This document shows positions 9,086-18,863 of a stretch of DNA of 64,000 nt, one piece after another. The stretch is from Candidatus Nanopelagicales bacterium (lineage in GTDB: Bacteria; Actinomycetota; Actinomycetes; S36-B12). Location: contig JAFMHB010000003.1 of assembly GCA_017854795.1 (NCBI GenBank), positions 13,047-77,046 of the forward strand, written 5' to 3'. Under the pieces are notes generated by a model. The model saw only the letters and a list, made by a program, of their open reading frames with translations, ran no database searches and was not told the DNA's origin. The position numbers were made by a program, and so were the translations under genes. Every line of letters begins with the position of its first letter. Position 1 is the first letter of the stretch.

Positions 9086-12000
9086 ATGAAACCAGTTAGC
9101 GAATTGCCCGGTGACCCTGAACTGATCGACCTTGCCCAAGCCCGTGCATTGGCACTACTGCAGGCATCACTCGCTGACACCTCACGCAAAGAGGCGGCCT
9201 CGGCGGCTCGGCTGTCCAGACTGCTCGCGGATTCAGCTGGCCGCGATCTCTTGCTTGACCTCACCGATCAAGTGCTGCGGATCCGTAAAGCCAAGCGTTC
9301 GGCCCGAAGGTTGCACGACCTCACCGCAACCGGGGTGCCAGCATCCCTCGGAGGCTTTGATCGTTTCGGTCTTTCGGTCTTAGGCAAGATTGCGCCACTC
9401 ATACCCGGGATCACCGAAAAGGCGGTCAACTGGCGGATCGCAAAAGACACTGCTGGTGTGATTCTCCCCTCGGAAGACCCAGCATTCAGCAAATACGTGA
9501 AGAATCGACGGAAAGATGGTTTCAACCTCAATATCAATGTTTTGGGTGAAGCAATTTTGGGAGATGATGAAGCGACCAAACGGACTGATGCGGTGCGCGG
9601 TCGGATTTTACGTTCCGATGTCAACTACGTGTCGGTGAAAATTTCCGCGGTGTGCGCGAACCTAGATGTTCTTGCCAAGTCTGAATCACTTGTTCGAATC
9701 GATGAGCGTTTGACTGATCTTTACCGTGCAGCAGCGTCAACAATCCCGCCCACATTTGTCAACCTCGACATGGAAGAGTTCCGCGACCTCGAACTCTCCG
9801 TTGAATCGTTCATGCATGTACTTTCCAAGCCTGAGTTCATGCAACTTCGTGCAGGAATTGTGTTGCAGGCATACATTCCTGACAGTCATGGAGCTCTCAT
9901 CACGTTAATCGACTGGGCGAACGAGCGTTTTCGCAATGGTGGTGCACCCATCAAAATCCGACTTGTTAAAGGCGCGAACCTAGCCATGGAAATGGTCGAA
10001 GCCGAGCTTCATGACTGGCCGCAGGCGCCGTATCCAACGAAGCATGATGTTGATGCTTCCTACAAGGCCATGCTGGAAACGGCACTCACAAAGTCAGATC
10101 CCGGTGCAGTGCGTATTGGCGTTGCTAGTCATAATCTTTTCGAAGTTGCTTGGGCACTCACAATTCGTGACTTATTGGATGCCCACGAAATCATGGAAAT
10201 TGAAATGCTGGAAGGTATGGCTCCACCTCAATCACGTGCGGTTCGCAACGACGCAGGAGAACTGCTCCTCTACTCCCCCGTAGTTGCTAAGGAGGACCGG
10301 GATGCTTCTATCGCATACCTGTCACGTCGACTCGACGAGAACTCTTCACCAGAGAACTTCCTACGTGCTCTCTTTGACATCACACCCGGTTCACCCGAAT
10401 GGGATCGCCAGTCGCAGTGGTTTCGCAACTCCGTACACGAACGTCACACCGTCGCGCGCACATCAAGGCGAATCCAGAACCGCAACAATGAAACTATTCG
10501 CTATCCGGTTGACGGGAGCTTTCTCGCCAGCGTTGATACTGATTTCACCCTGCCGCCCAACCGCGAGTGGGTTACAAAAGCCTTAAATGAAACAAAAATC
10601 CCCAACCCTGCAATCATTGACTCGATCCCAGAAATAGACCGGATCGTTAATAGGGCGCACATTGCTCAACAGGAATGGGCACACACTTCATGGGCTACTC
10701 GTCGAGTGGTACTGGCTCAAGTCGCCGAAGTAATGGAAGCCCGTCGGGGCGCAACCTTGGCGGTCATGGCCAAAAGTGTTGGTAAAACAGCCCGCGAGGG
10801 TGACCCTGAAATCTCTGAAGCAATTGACTTCGCGAACTACGCCGCACATTCAACAATTGCGCATGAAGCCTTCATTTCCCAAGGTCTCACTTGGGAACCA
10901 CACCGCCTTGTTCTCGTTGCAGGACCATGGAACTTCCCCGCAGCAATTCCCACCAATGGACTTGTCAGTGCAATCGCCGCCGGTAGCGCTGCGATCCTCA
11001 AACCAGCACCCGAGGCTCGCGCGGTTGCAGCTGAACTGGTCGACCAGTTGCACGAAGCTGGCGTTCCACAGGATCTTGTACAACTTGTCTGCACACCGGA
11101 CAACGAAGTTGGAACACACCTTGTCACTCACTCTGGTGTCGACATGGTCATGCTGACCGGCTCCATTGACACAGCTCGAATGTTCCAAGACTGGAAACCA
11201 TCAATTCATCTCAATGCGGAAACCAGTGGCAAGAATGCCATGGTGATCACGGCCGCAGCGGACATTGATCAAGCAATCAAGGAGTTGGTCAAATCAGCAT
11301 TCGGTCACGCCGGACAGAAATGTTCTGCTGCAAGTTTGGCGATTATTGAGGCTAGCGTCTATGACGATCCGGGTTTCCAGATTCGTTTATCCGACGCCGC
11401 AAGGTCACTGTGTGTTGGAGAGGCAACCAACTTCAATAATGTTGTCGGACCTCTGATCAATCCACCGTCAGGAAACCTCCTCCGTGCACTCACAACACTT
11501 GAACAGGGTGAAACCTGGCTGGTTGAACCCACCAAACTCGACGAGAGAACCTACACACCGGGAATAAGAAAAGATGTGACGCCCAACTCCTGGTTCCACC
11601 TCACCGAATGTTTCGGGCCGGTCCTTGGACTCATGCGAGCTGTCGACCTCACCCACGCTCTACAACTTCAAAATGCAACCGAATACGGACTCACCGGTGG
11701 AATCCAATCCCTTGACCCTATTGAAATTGAATACTGGCTGGCGAATGTGCAGGTGGGTAATGCCTATGTCAACCGTCACATCACCGGTGCAATTGTCGAA
11801 CGTCAACCATTTGGTGGTTGGAAGAAATCCAGTATTGGACCAGGGCTCAAACCAGGTGGGCCGAATCACCTCTCGGGTTACGGAAAATGGACGGATCAAA
11901 ACATCAATGTCGATCAAGCCATAACTGACTACTCAACCCAGTGGGATAACTACTTCACCCAAGAACACGACCCAACCGGCCTTAAGTGTGAAGCAAATAT

Positions 12001-12358
12001 TTTGCGTTACTTCCCAGTTGACAAAGTTTTCGTACGCTGCAGTGATCCGACAGCCCCCCAAATTGATCTACTGCGGGCAGCATCGGCACTCACGGGTGTG
12101 CCACTTGAAATTTCTGTTGACAGTGACGAATCAGAAGTCGCTCTTGGCAATCGAATGCAGCAATCGTCTGGGGAATTGCGGTTGCGGGTACTTACATCTG
12201 TAACGGATGAACTTTATGAACTTGCGAACAAGGCTGGCGTCACAATCGACACGGCACCCGTCACCGGATGCGGGCGACTTGAAATGACCCATTGGGTCAA
12301 AGAACAGTCAATTTCTCGTACCATGCACCGTTACGGTCGACTACTCAATCAGTCCTGA
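9086..12358 (+). CDS. putA: Bifunctional proline dehydrogenase / L-glutamate-gamma-semialdehyde (P5C) dehydrogenase
   Basis: About 1090-1104 aa. PRODH TIM-barrel region followed by an ALDH domain with ETSGKNAMVI and the catalytic Cys in GHAGQKCSAAS. Start is either ATG 9086 or TTG 9044. Confidence 0.92.
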   Translation: MKPVSELPGDPELIDLAQARALALLQASLADTSRKEAASAARLSRLLADSAGRDLLLDLTDQVLRIRKAKRSARRLHDLTATGVPASLGGFDRFGLSVLGKIAPLIPGITEKAVNWRIAKDTAGVILPSEDPAFSKYVKNRRKDGFNLNINVLGEAILGDDEATKRTDAVRGRILRSDVNYVSVKISAVCANLDVLAKSESLVRIDERLTDLYRAAASTIPPTFVNLDMEEFRDLELSVESFMHVLSKPEFMQLRAGIVLQAYIPDSHGALITLIDWANERFRNGGAPIKIRLVKGANLAMEMVEAELHDWPQAPYPTKHDVDASYKAMLETALTKSDPGAVRIGVASHNLFEVAWALTIRDLLDAHEIMEIEMLEGMAPPQSRAVRNDAGELLLYSPVVAKEDRDASIAYLSRRLDENSSPENFLRALFDITPGSPEWDRQSQWFRNSVHERHTVARTSRRIQNRNNETIRYPVDGSFLASVDTDFTLPPNREWVTKALNETKIPNPAIIDSIPEIDRIVNRAHIAQQEWAHTSWATRRVVLAQVAEVMEARRGATLAVMAKSVGKTAREGDPEISEAIDFANYAAHSTIAHEAFISQGLTWEPHRLVLVAGPWNFPAAIPTNGLVSAIAAGSAAILKPAPEARAVAAELVDQLHEAGVPQDLVQLVCTPDNEVGTHLVTHSGVDMVMLTGSIDTARMFQDWKPSIHLNAETSGKNAMVITAAADIDQAIKELVKSAFGHAGQKCSAASLAIIEASVYDDPGFQIRLSDAARSLCVGEATNFNNVVGPLINPPSGNLLRALTTLEQGETWLVEPTKLDERTYTPGIRKDVTPNSWFHLTECFGPVLGLMRAVDLTHALQLQNATEYGLTGGIQSLDPIEIEYWLANVQVGNAYVNRHITGAIVERQPFGGWKKSSIGPGLKPGGPNHLSGYGKWTDQNINVDQAITDYSTQWDNYFTQEHDPTGLKCEANILRYFPVDKVFVRCSDPTAPQIDLLRAASALTGVPLEISVDSDESEVALGNRMQQSSGELRLRVLTSVTDELYELANKAGVTIDTAPVTGCGRLEMTHWVKEQSISRTMHRYGRLLNQS

Positions 12359-12733
12359 GATATCGGGTGGAATATCTGCTGAACATTCCACCAGTGCCGC
12401 AAGGGGCACGTGCTCAAGCGCTGCTTCGTTAGTCGCGGCTAAGACCACGGGGGCTTTGACACCAGCTTCATAGGACTGCATCCAACGACCAGCACACACT
12501 CCCCACCGATCTCCGGGAACCAAACCTGGAAACCCAAATCGCGGCATAGGCGTGATCAAGTCATTACCCACTGACCGCTGATGCTCCAAGAATTCTGTGG
12601 TCACAACCGCGCAAACCGTATGTGAACCAAAATCGTCTGCGCTTGTATTGGTGTATCCATCTCGGAAGAAGCCGGTCAGCGGCTCAATACTGCAAACAAC
12701 AAGTGGCTCACCCTGCACATTTTTTTGTTCCAT
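12341..12733 (-). CDS. DUF2237 family protein
   Basis: MEQKNVQGEPL..CSIEPLTGFFRDGY..GSHTVCAVVT.EFLE..GNDL matches the DUF2237 pattern as I remember it. Start taken at ATG 12733; the ORF track allows 12775. The 3' end overlaps the putA 3' end by 18 bp. Confidence 0.72.
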   Translation of the reverse strand: MEQKNVQGEPLVVCSIEPLTGFFRDGYTNTSADDFGSHTVCAVVTTEFLEHQRSVGNDLITPMPRFGFPGLVPGDRWGVCAGRWMQSYEAGVKAPVVLAATNEAALEHVPLAALVECSADIPPDISGLIE

Positions 12734-12805
12734 GACCAAAGAGTAGAACCAGACCGACCCAAGCGCAGACCGCATGTACCGGAGAAACTAAAATTCACAC
12801 AGCAC

Positions 12806-12876
12806 GCGGGCGTAGCTCAGTGGTAGAGCGCTAGCTTCCCAAGCTAGATATGCGGGTTCGATTCCCGTCGCCCGCT
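12806..12876 (+). tRNA. tRNA-Gly (anticodon CCC)
   Basis: Hand-folded cloverleaf. Acceptor GCGGGCG/CGCCCGC, D-arm GCTCAGTGGTAGAGC, anticodon stem CTAGC/GCTAG with loop TTCCCAA, T-arm GGGTTCGATTCCC, discriminator U. CCA is not encoded. Confidence 0.93.
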
Positions 12877-12888
12877 CCGGCTCCAATC

Positions 12889-12935
12889 GAAATAGAATCG
12901 ACCCGGCCCACAAGGGACCGGGTCGTTTCTATTCA
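12889..12935. terminator. Long imperfect hairpin between tRNA-Gly and the convergent FN3 gene (probable bidirectional terminator)
   Basis: GAAATAGAATCGACCCGG / CCGGGTCGTTTCTATTC pairs over about 15 bp with one mismatch. The base of the stem is T/A-rich on both strands. Confidence 0.55.
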
Positions 12936-12965
12936 GGTGCTAAGCACCCTCAAGCGTAATGACTT

Positions 12966-14015
12966 CTATTTCACAACCTTGATCACGCGGGTCATCGACA
13001 TTGCGGTGAAGCCCGGCACGGCAGGTGCGTATTCCTGCAGGGTAAAGGTGCCCTTCTTTGCGCCCGGCTTCAACACCACGCGAATCTGAGCCGCGTCACC
13101 CTTATAGCGGAAGCTGATCGACTTGATCGACGAAGACTTATTAATCCCGCTGAGTCGAGCTTCGTGTCCCGCATTAGTGTCGAGGTTCTGTGTGTTGTTG
13201 AAGGTTTTCCATTGACCACTCTTCACCTTTGGACCACCGCCAGTCCACATAGGACCAACGAGCACCTGCTGCTGAATGGGGGCAGGGGCCGGTGCGTTCG
13301 CGGTGTTCTGGGTGACGCTCACCCAGTCGCTCCAGCCTTGAGCATTGGCGGCTGAAACACTGAAAGTGTAGGTCGAACCGGCCGACAGTGTGCCGACGTT
13401 CGCATTCGTTGCTTGAACGGTGATTTGACCGCTGGTGGGTCCCGCCCATTTCACGATGTAACCGGAGACTCCCGATCCACCGCTGCTGCTCGGTGCGTTC
13501 CAGTTCAGTGACACAGTATTTGTGGAAACGCCTGTCACCTTTAAATTCTGCGGCTTGGAAGGGGCTCCCGATGGCGCGGCGGCGGCAATGCGAACCTTCT
13601 TCGAAGCTTGGCCCACCGTGTTGGTTCCACCCAGAAGCTGCTGCGATGCATAGGTGGTGACGGTCAAATTGCCGTTGGTTGTCGGTGTCCAATTCATGGT
13701 CGCCGTCCACGTTGCAACGGGGGTGAAGGAGCCACTGCTCACCGGGGTGCAAGTTCCTGCAATGGTGCCTAGGTCGGTTCCATTGCTGATCTGAAAATCG
13801 AAACTGACGGGGCCAGATTCGTCATCACACGACGTGTCCGCGTTGTAACCCGCAAATGTTGCCGTGAGTACTTGATTCACGCCGACCGTTCCATTGCCCG
13901 CCATGAGGGTCGTCTTCCCTTGATTCGCAGCAACAGGTGCGGCTAAAGCTGCTGCTGAAGCCACCACACCTCCTGCGACGATCAGGGCCAGTCGTGCCGA
14001 AGAATTGAATTTCAT
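12966..14015 (-). CDS. Secreted protein with a fibronectin type III domain
   Basis: Signal-peptide-like N-terminus MKFNSSARLALIVAGGVVASAAALAAPVAA with AAAGGA RBS. Central FN3 pattern (PSKPQNLKVTGVSTNTVSLNWNAP...GYIVKW...YTFSVSAAN..GWS). No LPXTG sorting signal. The ORF track start at 14060 is less likely. Confidence 0.65.
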   Translation of the reverse strand: MKFNSSARLALIVAGGVVASAAALAAPVAANQGKTTLMAGNGTVGVNQVLTATFAGYNADTSCDDESGPVSFDFQISNGTDLGTIAGTCTPVSSGSFTPVATWTATMNWTPTTNGNLTVTTYASQQLLGGTNTVGQASKKVRIAAAAPSGAPSKPQNLKVTGVSTNTVSLNWNAPSSSGGSGVSGYIVKWAGPTSGQITVQATNANVGTLSAGSTYTFSVSAANAQGWSDWVSVTQNTANAPAPAPIQQQVLVGPMWTGGGPKVKSGQWKTFNNTQNLDTNAGHEARLSGINKSSSIKSISFRYKGDAAQIRVVLKPGAKKGTFTLQEYAPAVPGFTAMSMTRVIKVVK

Positions 14016-14254
14016 CGTGTATTCCTTTCTACACTTTCCGTTTTGAGCAATATCAGTCATCGATGTTAGACCAAGAGTCTACCTTCGTCGATTGCGACAA
14101 CGGCTGATAGGCATGGAAGCAATAATTAGGTAGAGGGAATATTCACATGCAAATACTGAGACGTGTTTGGATTCACTAACCAGCATTCTTTGATCCTGGC
14201 TCCCGAATCCCAAAACTCAAATCGAATCAGGTACTGGCTGTTAAACTTCGCCGC

Positions 14255-15091
14255 ATGGGTAAATGGGCTGATGGCAAAACACTGAGTAACAAGAGTTGGG
14301 GACTACTCAAGGAAAATAAATATTTCCTATGGTTCCCGATTATTGGATTACTACTTGCCTTGATTCCATTGGCGCTATTTGGTGGCGGCGCACTTGTCCT
14401 CGCGGTTGAGGAAATAAATGTATGGGCGATAGTGGTTGGCTTTGTTGGCCTCATCTTTGTTAACTTTGCTTTCACTGTCTCTGGTGCAGCCATGGTTGCT
14501 GCAGTTGATGAAGAACTATCTGGACGGGACTCAACGATCGGATACGGGTTCGGTAAAGCCTTCGGTCGGCTTGGACCACTTCTTGTTTGGTCCGTCATCC
14601 GAGCTGTCGTGTCGACCCTTTTGGGTCTTTTGCGTGGAAACAATAATGGCGGTACCGCAATTGCAGGGAACCTTCTCGCCGCAATAGGTGCCGCTGCTTG
14701 GTCCATTATCACTTTCTTTGTCACCCCGTACATCATGCTGAAAGGACTAGGCGCTGTCCCGGCTCTCACAGCATCCGTCCACATGGTGAAAGAGAAATGG
14801 GGAACCCAGGTCACCGGCGGTGTTCGAATTGGACTGCGGCTATTAGTACTTGTACTTCCTGCGATCGCTTTGATAATCGGTGGAATTTTCCTTCTCAGCG
14901 GTTCCGGAGCATCTGTCTCACTTGGCCTCGTCTTACTCGTTGTTGGCGTCGTAGTGCTCATGATTTCCGCACTTCTCAGCGCCGCACTGCAATCCATTTT
15001 TTCCGTCGCACTTTTCCATTTCACTACGGGAGAGGGTGACTACGGTCCCTTCACGCCCGAGGAACTCAATGGAGTGCTCACCAAGAAGTAA
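14255..15091 (+). CDS. Polytopic membrane protein (DUF6159-like)
   Basis: 278 aa. The N-terminus ...SNKSWGLLKENKYFLWFPIIG followed by 6 or more hydrophobic helices resembles DUF6159 (family name from memory). The 265-aa antisense ORF is low-complexity and is treated as a shadow ORF. Confidence 0.55.
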   Translation: MGKWADGKTLSNKSWGLLKENKYFLWFPIIGLLLALIPLALFGGGALVLAVEEINVWAIVVGFVGLIFVNFAFTVSGAAMVAAVDEELSGRDSTIGYGFGKAFGRLGPLLVWSVIRAVVSTLLGLLRGNNNGGTAIAGNLLAAIGAAAWSIITFFVTPYIMLKGLGAVPALTASVHMVKEKWGTQVTGGVRIGLRLLVLVLPAIALIIGGIFLLSGSGASVSLGLVLLVVGVVVLMISALLSAALQSIFSVALFHFTTGEGDYGPFTPEELNGVLTKK

Positions 15092-15112
15092 CTTCGCAGC
15101 TAATGTTGTCGC

Positions 15113-15844
15113 ATGGGAAAACTTGATGGCAAGGTTGCATTGGTCACTGGTGGCGCGAGGGGAATGGGTGCCAGTCATTGCGCTGCCTTAGCAGCTGAAG
15201 GTGCATCGGTTGTTGTTTGCGATGTCCTCGACGAACTAGGAACGACCGTTGCCAAAGAAATCGGTGGAATCTACTTACACCTCGACGTAACAAGTGAGAG
15301 CGACTGGATTACCGCCGTGTCGGCGACTGAAAAGGAATTCGGTCCCATTGACATCTTGATCAATAACGCTGGTGTGGTCGGACTTGGTCGAGTTGACACC
15401 ACTGAACTTGATGAATGGAACCGAATCATAAGTATCAATCTCACCGGAACCTTCCTTGGAATTCGCTATTGCGCTGAGTCGATGAAAAAAGCTGGTTCAG
15501 GAGTAATAGTCAACATTTCCTCAACCGCAGGTCTGGTCGGTTACTGCGACATGTCGGCATACGTTGCAAGTAAGTGGGGTGTGCGTGGACTGACAAAGTC
15601 TGCCGCTCTGGACCTGGGCCGGTTCAATATTCGAGTGGTATCAATTCACCCCGGAATCATTGAGACCGATATGGCATCCGGGCTTGCCATCAGCTTTAAG
15701 CGGCAAGCGATCCCACGAATTGGGCAAAGCGACGAAGTCGCAAAATTGATGCTGTATTTGGTAAGCGAAGCGACTTACTCAACCGGATCAGAGTTTGTCG
15801 TTGACGGTGGACAAACTCTCGGTCAGGTTTACGACCTTAATTAG
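15113..15844 (+). CDS. SDR-family oxidoreductase (3-alpha/20-beta-hydroxysteroid dehydrogenase FabG3-like)
   Basis: TGGARGMG cofactor motif, NNAG, and catalytic YVASKWGV (YxxxK). Confidence 0.85.
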   Translation: MGKLDGKVALVTGGARGMGASHCAALAAEGASVVVCDVLDELGTTVAKEIGGIYLHLDVTSESDWITAVSATEKEFGPIDILINNAGVVGLGRVDTTELDEWNRIISINLTGTFLGIRYCAESMKKAGSGVIVNISSTAGLVGYCDMSAYVASKWGVRGLTKSAALDLGRFNIRVVSIHPGIIETDMASGLAISFKRQAIPRIGQSDEVAKLMLYLVSEATYSTGSEFVVDGGQTLGQVYDLN

Positions 15845-15849
15845 CTCAG

Positions 15850-16608
15850 TTAGCTGGGCAGTTTACGAAATAGTGGCTTGGGCAAAGTCTTAAGTCCAGC
15901 CATCACAAAGCGCAATGGTCCCGGTGCATAGACGGTGCTCTTGCCCTTTTTCAAAGCGGTCACGATTATTTTGGCGACATCTTCTGGGTTCGTTGTCATG
16001 GGTGCTTCCGGTAGGTGACTGGTCATGCGGGTTCGAACAAAACCCGGACGAACAATGAGCACGTGGGCACCGGTTTTTTCCAGGGAAGCGTCAAGGCCCT
16101 GGGCAAATGCATCAAGGCCTGCCTTCGTGGAGCCATAAACAAAGTTGGAACGACGGGCTCGGTCCCCAGCAACACTAGAAAGAACAACCAGGGTGCCGTG
16201 ACCTTGGTTTTTCAATCTTCGTGCAACGTGCAAGCCAGCGCTCACCGAACCGGTGTAGTTCACCGTTGCGATTTCCACGGCATGACTGGGATCTTCCTCA
16301 GCGGTCATTTGATCCCCAAGAACACCGAATGCCAAAATCACAACATCAATGTCAGAGGCATCAAATGCTGCGTCAATAATCGCGCCGTGGGTATCCGTGT
16401 TTTTCGCATCGAATTCAATCGGCTCAACACCTGCAATGTTGAGAGCCTTCAGTTGCGCGACTGCTGCGTCAAGTGATTCAGATGGACGACCAGCAAGAAG
16501 TACTCGCCGGAGTCTGTGTCGCGGCATCTCTTTAATAGTTGCCAGTGCGATTTCACTTGTTCCGCCTAGGACGAGAACGGACTGCGGTTCTCCGAGTGCA
16601 TCGAGCAT
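15850..16608 (-). CDS. dprE2: Decaprenylphospho-beta-D-erythro-pentofuranosid-2-ulose 2-reductase (DprE2-like SDR)
   Basis: 252-aa SDR (GGTSEIA, YGSTKAG) located immediately downstream of a DprE1-like FAD oxidase, with a 12-nt gap. Confidence 0.78.
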   Translation of the reverse strand: MLDALGEPQSVLVLGGTSEIALATIKEMPRHRLRRVLLAGRPSESLDAAVAQLKALNIAGVEPIEFDAKNTDTHGAIIDAAFDASDIDVVILAFGVLGDQMTAEEDPSHAVEIATVNYTGSVSAGLHVARRLKNQGHGTLVVLSSVAGDRARRSNFVYGSTKAGLDAFAQGLDASLEKTGAHVLIVRPGFVRTRMTSHLPEAPMTTNPEDVAKIIVTALKKGKSTVYAPGPLRFVMAGLKTLPKPLFRKLPS

Positions 16609-16620
16609 GTCATTGTCCTT

Positions 16621-17961
16621 TCAGATTTCCAGTCGCCGAGATAAATCAGATGCAAAAACGTGGTTGGGGTCCATGGTGTCACGGATCCCGCGCCATTCAT
16701 CTAGGCGCGGGTAGGTCCGGGCAAAATTCGCTGGAGATTGCCGTGAATCCTTCGCCAAATAAAGTCGGCCACCGACAGCACTAATGAGTTCATCCAGTTG
16801 ATCAAGAGTTCGTCCAAGCTCGGAAATACCCGCCGGGAGATCAGCTGCAAGAGTCCAGCCGGATTGCGGGAATGACAGCGGGGCTTGGTTTCCGGGACCG
16901 AACCGCTTGAGCACCGTGAGAAAACTGGGTGCACCAATTTCACGCAACTTGTTCAATACAACCCCTATGAGGTCACTAGCTGAATCGGGAACCTGAAATT
17001 GATACTGCAGGAAGCCACGGGGTCCATAAATCCGATTCCAGTCGTGAACCCCATCAAGTGGATGGAAGAAGGCACCGATCCGTTGCAGCTCACCGATCCG
17101 TGATCTCGGGTGCTTTCGATACCAGCCCTCATTGAATGCACGCACACTTAATTTATTAAGAAGTCCGGGTGGGACTAGCCCGGGTGCAGAAGCAATTTTT
17201 TTTGGATCGTAACTTTCAGGGTTTTTGATCCCCTCGGAATCACACTGCGCGATTGTTGCGTGGTCCCCACGGGTAATGACGCCACGTCCAGAAGGAGACA
17301 CGCTATCGATCCACGCAACGGTGTAACGGTATTCATGGTCGCGTTCCAGCAGTGAGGACATAATCGATTCAAGGTCTTTGAGACGTTCGGTGTCCACTGA
17401 AATATAGGAACTCTGAATCGGAATAACAGTAAAAGTCGCACTGGTAATAATTCCCGTTAAACCCATGCCACCGATCGTGGCCCAAAACTGGGGGTTCTCC
17501 GGAGCCAGTGTCAGTTGCTCACCTCGGCCGTTGATGATCACTATTTCAGTGACATGGGCGCCAAAACTTCCATCACGGTGATGGTTCTTTCCGTGAATGT
17601 CAGCAGCAATTGCGCCACCGACGGTAATGATTCGGGTTCCTGCCGAAACGGGAACAAAAAAGCCTCGAGGAACAATCTCTCGCAAGATGTTGTCAATGCT
17701 CGCCCCAGCATCAGCTGTAACGCTCATGTTCTCTGGGTTGAGACTGAAATCGGTCATGGTGGTCATGTCTACGACCGTTGCGCCACCTGACTGCGCTGCG
17801 TCACCGTAGGAGCGTCCGAGACCACGAGCAAGCACACCCCGTGAACTTGATTGTGTGATCAGGTTGGCTATTTGACTTGGTGAGTTTGCCTCGACGAGTT
17901 GGGCAACGGTAGGCGTGGTGCGGCCCCAACCCGAAAGCTGTGTTGCAACTGCCTCACTCAT
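16621..17961 (-). CDS. dprE1: Decaprenylphosphoryl-beta-D-ribose 2'-oxidase (DprE1-like FAD-binding oxidoreductase)
   Basis: FAD-binding PCMH-type domain (GLGRSYGD, TVGGAIAADIHGKNHH). I place the start at ATG 17961, which forms an ATGA overlap with the upstream gene's stop. The ORF track allows 17997. Confidence 0.85.
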   Translation of the reverse strand: MSEAVATQLSGWGRTTPTVAQLVEANSPSQIANLITQSSSRGVLARGLGRSYGDAAQSGGATVVDMTTMTDFSLNPENMSVTADAGASIDNILREIVPRGFFVPVSAGTRIITVGGAIAADIHGKNHHRDGSFGAHVTEIVIINGRGEQLTLAPENPQFWATIGGMGLTGIITSATFTVIPIQSSYISVDTERLKDLESIMSSLLERDHEYRYTVAWIDSVSPSGRGVITRGDHATIAQCDSEGIKNPESYDPKKIASAPGLVPPGLLNKLSVRAFNEGWYRKHPRSRIGELQRIGAFFHPLDGVHDWNRIYGPRGFLQYQFQVPDSASDLIGVVLNKLREIGAPSFLTVLKRFGPGNQAPLSFPQSGWTLAADLPAGISELGRTLDQLDELISAVGGRLYLAKDSRQSPANFARTYPRLDEWRGIRDTMDPNHVFASDLSRRLEI

Positions 17962-18863
17962 GCGCCCAATGCTCCCAACGTGAAAAGGATGAGCCATATC
18001 GCACCAAGCAGTTGGAGGCCTTTGTCCGCAATTACGGCATCCTCTGGAGCTTCGGCGTCACCTCGGTCAATCACAATTCCGTACCGCAAAATTGCCAACA
18101 CGAACGGAAGAAGACTCCACTGAGCCCACGGCAGGGATGACGGTGTTTGTGCTACGTCAAATGACCATAACGCGTAACCCATAATTGTGACCGCAGCTGC
18201 AGTTCCCCACACAAATCGCAGGTAACCCAATGAGTATCCGTCGAGTGATTTGCGTCGATTTTGTTTTTGGGCACCTGCGATCTCTTCACGCTTTAGTTCA
18301 CTGTAACGCTTGCCTGCTGCCATGAACAGCGAGCCGAAGCCGGCAACAATTAAAAACCATTGCGAGATGGGCAAACCAGATGCCGCACCACCAGCAACGG
18401 CCCGAAGGAGGAATCCCATGGAAAGTAATGCAAGTTCAATAACCGGTTCATGTTTGAGTAGCAGTGAGTAACTCAGGGTAAATAATGCGTATGCGAGCAC
18501 CACTCCCGCCAACGCGGGTGCAATGAGAAATGAACCAACGAGGGAAATAACTGCAAGCGCAGCGGCAAATGAAATTGCTAGGGGGACGGAGATTTCGCCT
18601 GCCGCAATTGGCCGCCTGTATTTTGTTGGATGCTCGCGGTCACTTTCTTGGTCTTTGGCATCGTTTATTAAATAGGTTGCACTTGAAATCAAACAAAACA
18701 TAACAAAGGCACCAATGGTGGGCCAAAAAATATCCACTTCAAAAAGTTGACCAGCGGCGAGCGGGGCGGCGAAAACTAGAACGTTTTTCGCCCATTGACG
18801 TGGGCGCATTGCAGCAATCATTGCAATGGGTAGTGACCTACCCTTCACATTTGCTTCCGTCAC
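17958..18863 (-). CDS. Decaprenyl-phosphate phosphoribosyltransferase (UbiA superfamily, Rv3806c-like)
   Basis: 301 aa and polytopic. UbiA Asp-rich motif YLINDAKDQESDREH. Operon context with dprE1/dprE2. Confidence 0.85.
   Translation of the reverse strand: MTEANVKGRSLPIAMIAAMRPRQWAKNVLVFAAPLAAGQLFEVDIFWPTIGAFVMFCLISSATYLINDAKDQESDREHPTKYRRPIAAGEISVPLAISFAAALAVISLVGSFLIAPALAGVVLAYALFTLSYSLLLKHEPVIELALLSMGFLLRAVAGGAASGLPISQWFLIVAGFGSLFMAAGKRYSELKREEIAGAQKQNRRKSLDGYSLGYLRFVWGTAAAVTIMGYALWSFDVAQTPSSLPWAQWSLLPFVLAILRYGIVIDRGDAEAPEDAVIADKGLQLLGAIWLILFTLGALGA

Noticed and set aside
12806-14060. tRNA-Gly as the integration site of a genomic island.
   Set aside because: No integrase or recombinase is present, and I could find no direct repeat of the tRNA 3' half downstream. 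The neighbouring gene is a single secreted FN3 protein followed by ordinary genes.
14227-15024. 265-aa minus-strand ORF fully overlapping the 14255-15091 gene.
   Set aside because: The sequence is Pro/Ser/Thr/Arg-rich and low-complexity with no motifs. The plus-strand product has regular hydrophobic helices and a family-like N-terminus.
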